A stretch of 64,000 nt of DNA. Source: Rhynchobatus australiae (Eukaryota). The first letter of the stretch is position 1; every line of letters begins with the position of its first letter. The notes beneath the pieces are model-generated. The model was not told the DNA's origin, did no database searches, and worked only from the letters and a program-made list of their open reading frames with translations. The stretch lies in contig JAUZTB010000057.1 in NCBI GenBank assembly GCA_034780895.1, positions 19,458,506 through 19,522,505 of the forward strand, in the 5' to 3' direction. This document shows positions 30,800 to 40,995 of this stretch, piece by piece. The position numbers were made by a program, and so were the translations under genes.

Positions 30800-33700
30800 A
30801 CCTTGGAGAGAATGTGATTTGTTCTGTCAACCCGGCTAATTTCTGCTGTATCCGGGTTAGGAGGAGATTTCCTCAGTTGTTGAGCGGGTGCCAAAGGAAG
30901 TAAATCGCCCCACTTCACCACCTATCAAATAAATAACGGAGCTTGATTTACTCGTGTATATTGAGACTGAGAGAGCGGTATTGGGGATCCATGTCCGTTA
31001 ATCCAAATGGGGGAACTCGCCCAGAGATGAAGGTGAAGGTCTGGGAAGTAACGGGGGTTGGAGGAGACAGACAGATGTCCGGCAAGTCCTCAGCAAAATT
31101 CCAAAGTGAGGTGGGAGCTGGTGGGAGGGCACCATGGTCGGGTGATTTCATGGGTCATCAGTGGTAATTAATTTGTTCAGTTATCTGGGCAATTCCGTAA
31201 TACGCACTTTCTTTCTGCCTTTTTATGCCACAGAAAACATAACTTGTTTTTACTAAACAGCAAGAGAGCAGTAAGCTTCGAGTGGACTTTGTCTCCAGAG
31301 AAGCAATTACGGCTAATAGCTTTCCTGATCAGCTCGTTAATGGCCTGTTTCCTCTGAAGACAGCAGAGGAGCAGGCAATGATTTGATAGCAAGAAATCCT
31401 GATTGGATTAGAGGCCCATTTGCTCCTGGTTGGTGGGGGATAATGTGCCTGTTGCCAGAGCAGTTTGATCCAGGATTGATGAAATAGCAATTCGTGCCTG
31501 ACTTTTGTGTTCGCTTGTTTTTTTCTCCAAGTTTTCCCTTGTACACAAATAACCGAGAGCTCCCGCGCCACGCACACTGATAATTGGTCATCGATGAGGA
31601 ACCATTTGTCTTGGTTAATAGTGAATCCGCTAGTTCTGAATATTCGAACCACGTTGCAAACTCACTGTCTGAGAATAAACCAGTAATGTATTCTACAGTT
31701 GCAATAAATACGACCAAACCCACACATGTGCCAATTTCGAAATTTACTGTCAGCGATTGCGGAAAAATGACTATTCGAGAGAACACTACAAGCCATTCTG
31801 TACATGTTTTAAAACACAATGTGCAGCCGTTTTACTAACTAAATTAATTTGATCCTATCGTCTACTTTCTGCCCAGAATTGACAGTGTCATGTCCTGGAC
31901 GGGCCTGGATCTGGGGCAGTTCTGCGTTCTTTACACGCCCCGAATAACCATAACGCAAACATCCTTTGTCACCACACAACAGGCGCTTCCAATAATGTGT
32001 TCATTATTAATCTTCCCCTTTGACCTGAGCACTTCCAGCGTTTTCTGTTGTATTTCCCTTTTTGATTTTATTTGAGGTGGCAGTGGAAAATCTGATAAAC
32101 AGGCACTTGCACTGAGGAATAATTGCAGAATAGTTTGCACAACCTGTGCTCTCTGTATTTGGGTGCTTTTCCCCGTTGTTTCCAAAGAGCTTGAGGTTTC
32201 TGTGGCGTAGAGTTACTTTAAGGCCCACGGCCACACCTATTCCACCAGCTGTGCACGAACAACAGGGTGAATGTCGGCTCGTCATCTGACAGGCGAGGCA
32301 GTGTTTGTCTTTGGAGCTGGACACCCTTATTTGTACCATTTGAATGTATTGAATATTCGAACAGTAATAGAAGTACAAATGATCTCAACAAAGCCTGAAA
32401 TTAGTAGAGGTGGAAAGTAAATTNNNNNNNNNNNNNNNNNNNNNNNNNNNNNNNNNNNNNNNNNNNNNNNNNNNNNNNNNNNNNNNNNNNNNNNNNNNNN
32501 NNNNNNNNNNNNNNNNNNNNNNNGGAGCTTTTCGTCTGGGGGAAACATTAAAACAATTTCCTCGGGAGGCACCGAGAAGGGTAAGGACCTCTTAGCCTGA
32601 AGTAGCGGAGAGGCAGCCGGATCCGGCGATTTATAAAGTTTTGCCTTTAGTTCCCAATAATTTAGAAGGTGCAACAGAAAATTATATATCTGTGTATTTA
32701 CGTGGACGTCAGGTAATTTATTTTAAAAATTTCATAGACAGCAGCCGGGGCCTTGAATGAATTCCTCAGTAACTGAGAGTCTGGTACTAAACTGCAGGTC
32801 CACACCGGAGAAAGCAATGCGGTAGACGAGAGAAAAGTGACTGTGTGGTGAACTAAGATGGTCATCTCGACATTATCAAAACACGGCAATGTGGGGAACA
32901 AGTTATAGTTGAGCCGAAGTAAATCGAGCGGCTTTAGGGACATGTTATAAATGGATACTGACGAGAAACTCAACTTTGTCAAAACCTTTATACCAACACC
33001 TGGAAATTAGCAGAAAGCATACTGTCTGTCAAAGAACTCAAAACATTTTTATAGTATTTTTTCCAGAAAATTAAAATAGTTACAGCTACTCACAGGCTAT
33101 GCTCTAAAATAGTAAGATGCTTAATTTGAACGCGCCCTTTCTCAATGATATTGGAGTGTCCACTTTACTTTGACTCCAATTTCTCATATTCGTTTAATCG
33201 TTTGTTTGTGAATTGCAAGACGGTGATGTATAAACACCTGGTGTCACCCCTTCATCTCTACCATCCCATCGAGGAGACTACAATGTATCCTCAAAAGGTA
33301 TTGATGAAAGCCGCTGTAAATTAGACCCTTGTGTCGCACAATAATTTCTGCCGTTGGTACTGCGGCATTGCTCTATAATTATACAGCTCGAAACTAAAAG
33401 ATCGAGATTAAAGCCCAGAGCTGAATTGAAAGTCCATGTGAAGGAAGCCTCCACGGTATTAAATATTTATGTTAAAACATCCCGCACCATTTAGAAACAA
33501 TTGACTGTGACTGTGATGTTAATGTGCATCCAGGAAAGAAAGAATTGCGCGCAGTCTTCTCGTCTCGTCATTAAACTAAAGTCGGTTTGAATGTGACTGG
33601 GGCGATCTCGTTAGTTTAAGTATCGTGTGGTTTTCTAGTTTTTAAAAAGTGAAGATCTGAGGTTTTAAATGAACCAGATGAGATAAGGTGACGTTGCCTT

Positions 33701-35100
33701 CAGTAATAACACAGGCAACATGTAGTGGTAAGGTTATTTCACCTCGCGTTACTTTCTGGGTTTTCTCCGTACAGAGGGGTGACCGACTGTAGCTGGGAGA
33801 GACGTGTGCTGGTGGAGCCTGTCTTCCCTCGAGTAACCCACATCCCTTTTCTCGAGGTCTACTCCCAAGCATGGTTGGCAGAAAGGAGCGGGCAGAGCCG
33901 TTCGCTGTCCACTACCTGCGGGTGCTGAAAGAACTCCTCACCTTCGTCCTCTTCAGTTACACGGTTTTACTGGGAGCGTTGGTGATAGCTGGATGGACAA
34001 CTTACTTACTGGTCGTTAAGTGACCTGCATCTTGTCCATCAGAGAGGAGAAATGCTTGGAATGAGATATATGCAAAGCTTTTAACAAATGAGAAACTCCG
34101 CGTAGTGTCTGCGAAATAGAAGATGTGTTTGTTGTGTCCTCGGATCACGTAATGTAACCAGGACCAACCCGTGCGAGTATGTAGTTATCCACATGGCAAA
34201 TCTATTCAAATATATCTTCATTTCGCTATCGTATCAATTATTGTACACATTATGTTCACATCAGGTATGTAATCTTGAATAAAGAAAAATATCCAGAATC
34301 AGCATATGGCTCTCCGAGTTGACGTTTACTTATAAGGATCGTTGCACATTTAAAAATAAAGAGAAAGGAGATGGGATCGGTGCCCAGGTCACAGATTTTA
34401 ACACAGGAAATGGGGAAAGAAAATTGTCGGGCAAGAACATTTAATAAAAATCAAGTATAGTTCAGTGCCCAAAACATCAAGGCGAAAGAATGAAAAAAAT
34501 ATGGATTCTGGAAACAGGTTTAACACAAAAGTGACGCCTGCAAGAGGCTAATTACTGAAAATAAACTCCAAAATAACTGTTGAAAATTCGTTTGAAATAT
34601 TTAAGTTTTCTTAAAATTCGTATTTGCTCATTAAACTTTTAAAATCAATCCAGTGTATCCACTGCCGTCAGATTAATTACTAGCGTTTTCTCTTAAGTGG
34701 TGGACCTTCATGGCAGAATATAGGGACTTGGTTGTGGATTTTCAATAATAAACCCAGCAAGTCGTGCAGTGGGTTGAAATTTATCTTTTAACGAAAAATA
34801 GGAGGGTGCAGACTTTAGTGTCCCGTTTTTATGATTAAAATGGGAGAACCAGGCATCTCTTGCTTTATGTGGAAGCACAATTCTTATCTATGCAGCCACA
34901 GGCAGAGGATTGCCCGCCGTCACTTCCCTTCCTCCCTCCACACTATTACATCTGGTGCCTTCCCCACAAGCACAACTCGCCTTGGATCCCACTGTTTTTT
35001 TTTAATCCATATGGCGCCCCAGCATTTCATCTGAAAACATTGCATTACTTTCAATGTGTGTACTCATGACACCCATTTCCACCTCAGCACCGTCTTTCTT
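30800..35100. promoter_or_regulatory. CpG-retaining, repeat-poor domain, probable promoter/regulatory region of the microprotein gene
   Basis: By eye, CG dinucleotides are much more frequent than in neighbouring DNA despite moderate GC; TATAAA 32632-32637; donor-like sites at 32581 (GTAAGG) and 32713 (GTAATT); boundaries approximate. Confidence 0.55.
33871..34023 (+). CDS. Candidate 50-aa single-pass/tail-anchored membrane microprotein (family not recognised)
   Basis: MVGRKERAEPFAVHYLRVLKELLTFVLFSYTVLLGALVIAGWTTYLLVVK*; Kozak AGCATGG; first ATG after the acceptor ttttctccgtacag| (exon starts 33775); in-frame stop upstream at 33790; AATAAA at 34278 and 34355. Confidence 0.65.
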   Translation: MVGRKERAEPFAVHYLRVLKELLTFVLFSYTVLLGALVIAGWTTYLLVVK

Positions 35101-37239
35101 AATCCTCCTGGTGTCACTGAATTGCCAGACCTCTTGTCTGACACTCAGTACTGGATGAGAGGTGAAGCTGCTATTTTTGATGTTTTCACTAAAAGTTCTG
35201 TTCGCTCGTCATCAACTTCAATCCACTAAGGCTGAACCAGACACTTCACATCCCTTGGTGATCCTAAAATAATATTTACGCTACCACTGAGGTCTATTCC
35301 CACCCCTTCACTACTTCGGCTTACTAATTGCTTTGTTGGCTCTGTACAGATACAGTCCAATGCAGTTAAGTCACTGTCATATAGTGTAACAATGAAAATA
35401 CTTTTTAACAGTAACAGTACTTTTTTTACAATGTAACGGCAAAGTATTTTCATTTTTGGAAAGTTGTCTAACAAGCTTACAGATTTTACACAATAATTCA
35501 TTTTTAAGTAAAGATGAACCACTTACATTTTTTTAAGTTGTTACCTTATTCTGTATTATCTTTTATTTGCAACATTTAGGGATATTTTATTACATAAATG
35601 GCAGATTTGGATTTTATTTTGCAAAGTACATCTGTCACACAAAGGTTATAAAGGTTAGTGGCTTTTGGTGATGCTAGATTCGCTTTAGCTTCTAGCATTT
35701 GTGGGTGTTTCTGTTGTTTGCTTGCAAATGGAAAGGTATTTGCTTAGATAGTCCCTCTTCCTTGTATGTATCTTACCTGCCCCATGCTCTGGGTTTGAGC
35801 TTTAAAACCTGTGTAGTTTCTCTGCACTGCTTCATGGGTGAAATTCAATCAGTGTAAGTCAAAGTTGCCAAACACTCGATAATAGACCAGAAACAAGAGG
35901 TCAGGTTTCAAAAAATTTCTATTTTATCCTCATTGATATCATTTTGCAGACTGCTTCACAGCATTACAGTCTATTCTGGCTCAGGGTAAAGCCTCCTATC
36001 CAACCACTTTGGAGAATTTTAGTAGGAAGGAATCCAAAATTTCTTCTGTGGGCCAGGGAAGTTTTCTCTCTCCGCAGGTGCCGCAGATGCTGCTTGTCCT
36101 GTTCTTTGGGTAACTGCCTAACTGGTGGATAAATCTTAAATCAGAATACCAAGATGTGTGGGAACATTGAAATAAACTTCAAATGAGGCTCCTGGACATT
36201 CTGAGTTTTACAGACTATCTGGGCTACAAGGGAAAGTCATCATATGTGCTCTCATGACTTTGGCTAAACACTAATGGAACAGGTAGCATTAAAGCAAACC
36301 TGGGATGGGATTCTTCAGCTAAAGTGCACTGAGAGTATGACATCAGCACTTATTGAGTATAATAATTGACAAAGATAATAACCTGCTTACAGTAAACAGC
36401 AACTCAGCATAAAAATCTATAGAACNNNNNNNNNNNNNNNNNNNNNNNNNNNNNNNNNNNNNNNNNNNNNNNNNNNNNNNNNNNNNNNNNNNNNNNNNNN
36501 NNNNNNNNNNNNNNNNNNNNNNNNNNNNNNNNNNNNNNNNNNNNNNNNNNNNNNNNNNNNNNNNNNNNNNNNNNNNNNNNNNNNNNNNNNNNNNNNNNNN
36601 NNNNNNNNNNNNNNNNNNNNNNNNNNNNNNNNNNNNNNNNNNNNNNNNNNNNNNNNNNNNNNNNNNNNNNNNNNNNNNNNNNNNNNNNNNNNNNNNNNNN
36701 NNNNNNNNNNNNNNNNNNNNNNNNNNNNNNNNNNNNNNNNNNNNNNNNNNNNNNNNNNNNNNNNNNNNNNNNNNNNNNNNNNNNNNNNNNNNNNNNNNNN
36801 NNNNNNNNNNNNNNNNNNNNNNNNNNNNNNNNNNNNNNNNNNNNNNNNNNNNNNNNNNNNNNNNNNNNNNNNNNNNNNNNNNNNNNNNNNNNNNNNNNNN
36901 NNNNNNNNNNNNNNNNNNNNNNNNNNNNNNNNNNNNNNNNNNNNNNNNNNNNNNNNNNNNNNNNNNNNNNNNNNNNNNNNNNNNNNNNNNNNNNNNNNNN
37001 NNNNNNNNNNNNNNNNNNNNNNNNNNNNNNNNNNNNNNNNNNNNNNNNNNNNNNNNNNNNNNNNNNNNNNNNNNNNNNNNNNNNNNNNNNNNNNNNNNNN
37101 NNNNNNNNNNNNNNNNNNNNNNNNNNNNNNNNNNNNNNNNNNNNNNNNNNNNNNNNNNNNNNNNNNNNNNNNNNNNNNNNNNNNNNNNNNNNNNNNNNNN
37201 NNNNNNNNNNNNNNNNNNNNNNNNNNNNNNNNNNNNNNN

Positions 37240-37420
37240 GGAGTTTGTACATTCTCCCGTGTCTGCGTGGGTTTCCTCTGGGTGCTCCAGTTTCCTCCCA
37301 CATTCTAAAGACATACTGGTAGGTTAATTTGGGGTTTAAAATGGGCGGAGTGGACTCATTGGGCTGGAAGGTCCTATTACCATGCTGTAAAAAAAATTTT
37401 TAAAAATTTTTTTTAAATAG
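37240..37420 (+). mobile_element. V-SINE-like element, 5' end in gap
   Basis: GGAGTTTGTACATTCTCCCGTGTCTGCGTGGGTTTCCTCTGGGTGCTCCAGTTTCCTCCCACA. Confidence 0.75.
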
Positions 37421-37824
37421 CCATCCATGTTTTAAAAACACTAGATAACCTGTCCCCACAACTGCCTCAGAAACTAATTCTCCTAATTCTTTGTTCTATT
37501 CTAGCCCATCATATACTTTTGAATCTTATTGGTCCACTTGCAGTAACATACACTTCAGTCACTGTATTCCAGGACAAGGCAACTCACTTTTATTCTCACT
37601 GCCTTCAAAACCTTCTCAGGTAATTTCTTCAACTTTCACTTGTTTTGACCGCCCCTCACTTTTCTGCTACTCGATGGTTCCAATCGTCTTGAGAAACATT
37701 TTGGGATATTTCCCAATAGAAATGGTGCTTTCAGTGCAAATCCATCCTCTCCGGTAAATACAAAGCTAGTTTTGAGTCAAAATGTGTTTGTTGTCATTTT
37801 GGTTTCCTTTGGGGACTCTTCATT

Positions 37825-38345
37825 TAGAGTCACAGAGTAAAAGAGTTGTACAACATAGAAACAGGTCCTGTGGCCCTCCGCATCAATGCCGACATCACGC
37901 CTGTCAACACTAATCCCACATGCCTGCATTAATCCATATTCCTCTATATCTTGCCCACTCAAGTACCTGTCCAGATGCCTCTTAAATGTTGTTACTGTTC
38001 CTGCCTCCTGTTCCTCAAAACCATATTCTCCAGCAGCTCATTCCAGATACCAACTACCGTGTGGAGAGAACCACCCTGCAGATCCCATTTAAACTGCCTC
38101 CCTATCACCTTAAACCTATTTTCGATGCCCTGCTGTGGGAAACAGACACTGGCCATCTACCCTATCTATGCCTCTCTTATATACTTCTGCCATGTCACTT
38201 CTCAGCCTCCTTTGCTACAGGGAAAACAGACCAAGTAACTTATTCCTTATTCCTCAAGCCCTTCAATCCAGGCAACATCATGGTGAATCTTTTCTGCACC
38301 CTCCTCAGTGTGTTCACGACCTTACTGAAGTGTAGAACTCCACAC
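37825..38345 (-). mobile_element. CR1 LINE 3' fragment
   Basis: LRRVQKRFTMMLPGLKGL; CR1 3' UTR. Confidence 0.8.
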
Positions 38346-38639
38346 ATTTGTGTTATTCCGATTTTTGCTACCTTAGCTTGAGCTGAGATTGTTGGAATTC
38401 CCACAGCCTCCATCGAACTAATCCTCAATCCATCCATTTTTACTTCTTTCTCACTGACTAATGAGCAGCAGAAATTAAAAATTTATTACTTATAAGAAGT
38501 CATGTATAGAAGTCAGCCTAAACTGAAATTCCAACCTGTTCTCTAGTCTAATACAATGTATTAGCATTAAATATCTGTAGAAAGTTTACACAACTTTAGA
38601 CAAACAGCTGAACTTCAAAATGATGTTCAACATACAATG

Positions 38640-40995
38640 GATTTCCCTTTTAGCAACAGAAGTGTGACTACACTAGTGGGATTATTCTATGAGTCACCAG
38701 CTAGTGGGAAGGATATTGGGGAGCAAATTTGCAGGGAAAATGCTGAGGTGTACAAAAGACATAGAGCAGAGGGCGTCACAGTAGCTCAGCAGGTAGTGCT
38801 GATGGCTCTAGAGCAGGAAGATGGAGCATTTGACATGCCAGGCTGATTTTAGAAACTTCAGAGGGGGATTAAAAGAGGAAATAGGAGAGACAGAGTGGGA
38901 GCATGAGGAAAGGCTGCAGCAACAATAAAGTGGATCCTAAGATATTCCCAGGCATGTGGACAGGAAAAGGGCTGTAAGAGGAGAGGTGAGGTCAATGAGA
39001 GACCAGAAGGGAAATTTACTCATGGAGACCGAGGGCACAGTTGGGGCTGTGCCTTCAGCAGGTGGAAGTTGAAGAGGCCCTGGCCTGATTATGGTCTTCC
39101 AAACAACTGTAGATCCAGGGCTGGTGCCCAAGGACCTGAAATGTTGTAAAAATGAATGTGGTGCTAAATCCTTGATGATGACTAAAAGTTCTAAACAACA
39201 ATCAGAGGCGGAATTAGCACTTGGAGAGTGTGGGTCACTTAGAGAAAGCCTGCATGGATTTTTAAAGGAAAATTGCTTCTAATTAATGAAAAAGCTTTTT
39301 GATGAAGTAATGGAGGCTGAGGGATATAAGGGCCTGTCGCACTTGGATAGAAAATTGGCTAGATTGGCTTTAAGTTCCTGGGTGTCAACATCTCCGAGGA
39401 TCTGTCCTGGGCCCAACACATTGATGCAATCGTGAAGAAGGCAAACCAGGAACCAAAGAATATTGCAAATCTCTTTAGATATCTGATGGAGAGCATTCTG
39501 ACTGGTTGCATCACAGCCTGGTATGGAGGCTCCAATGCAGCGGATCACAAGAGGCTGCAGAGGGTTGTAGACTCAGCAGTTCCATCAAAGGCACAAACCC
39601 CCTCCCCCCCCCTCCACCATCGAGGACATCTTCAAGAGATAGTGCTTCAAGAAGCCGGCATCCATCATTAAGGACCCTCACCATCCGGGACATGCCTTAT
39701 TCTCGTTCCTATTATTGAGGAGGAGGTACAGGAGCCTGAAGATCCACAGTCAACATTTCAGGAACAGCTTCTTCTGCTTTGCCATCAGATTTCTGAATGA
39801 TCCATGAACCCATGAACACAACCTTGTTATTCCTTTTTTTTCACTATTTATTTATTTTGTAATTTATAGTTTTTATATCTTTGCACTGTACTGCTGCCAC
39901 AAAACAACAAATTTCATGTCACATAAGATAATGATGATAAACCTGGTTCTGACAGATAACAGGTCACAGAAAGCAATGGCAAAAAGTGGTTTCAGACTGG
40001 AGGGAAGTATATATCTGAGTTCTGGAGGGACTGATACTAGGATTACTGTTTTCCTTNNNNNNNNNNNNNNNNNNNNNNNNNNNNNNNNNNNNNNNNNNNN
40101 NNNNNNNNNNNNNNNNNNNNNNNNNNNNNNNNNNNNNNNNNNNNNNNNNNNNNNNNNNNNNNNNNNNNNNNNNNNNNNNNNNNNNNNNNNNNNNNNNNNN
40201 NNNNNNNNNNNNNNNNNNNNNNNNNNNNNNNNNNNNNNNNNNNNNNNNNNNNNNNNNNNNNNNNNNNNGAGAGGTAGTGTAATCTAAAGACTACAATTCT
40301 ACAAGGGAGCAAGACCAGAGAGATATGGGTTATATGTGACTAGTTCATTGAAAATGGCAGGGAAGTTTTGAGAAAGTGGTTCAAAAAGAAGAGGGGATTT
40401 TGGGCTGTATAAATAAATACAAAGAGCACAAGAGCAAGGAAGTCATGGCGAGCAGATGTGAAACACCGGTTTGGCCATAACTGGAGTATTGTGTCCAGTT
40501 TGGGGATTTAAACTTCAGAAAAGATGTAAAGACTTTGGAGAGGGTGTGGAAGAGATTTTCCAGAAAGGTTCCAGGATTATGTGGGTTGACTGGAGAAGCT
40601 GGGATTGTTCTCCTTGGAAATGGCAAGTTTGAGAGGGGACCTTATAGAGATATTTGAAATCATGAAGGGTGTAGGCAGAGTAGATGGAAAAGAATTACTC
40701 TCTTTATGAGGAGGTCACGAACGAGGAGATAGAGAATGAAAGTGATTGACAAAAGAGCCAAAAGTAACCCATGGTAAGTCTTTTTACACTGTGAATGGTC
40801 AGGGTGTGGAATGCATAGCCAGGGCTAGCAGTGGAGACAGATGCAATTGTAGTGAGCAAAGGGAAGCTGGATACATATCTGAAAGGGAAGAAGTTGCAGG
40901 GCTGTGTGGAAGACAGCAGATTGGAACCAGTTGAATTTCTCCTGCATGGGGCTAGTACAGACTCAATGGGCTGATTGGCACCCTTTTGCAGTGTA
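38640..40995 (+). mobile_element. Decayed CR1 LINE interrupted by a Rex-like insertion
   Basis: QHGFLK-like motif near 39250, WIENWL at about 39345 continuing after 39950, LEYCVQF and LERV motifs near 40480-40550. Confidence 0.7.
39375..39950 (+). mobile_element. Rex/Babar-like LINE 3' fragment
   Basis: FLGVNISEDLSW; ESILTGCITAWYGGSNAADHKRLQRVVDSA. Confidence 0.85.

Noticed and set aside
33827-33857. 7-bp inverted repeat (CCTCGAG / CTCGAGG) in the candidate 5' UTR
   Set aside because: Too short to distinguish from chance without conservation data
33642-33928. ORF-track ORFs 33642-33872 (-) and 33725-33928 (+)
   Set aside because: Alternative frames over the microprotein exon with no protein-like character; the plus one starts at GTG upstream of the acceptor
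36343-37314. Long ORFs here and at 53545-54684 and 55501-56662
   Set aside because: Artefacts of translating N runs
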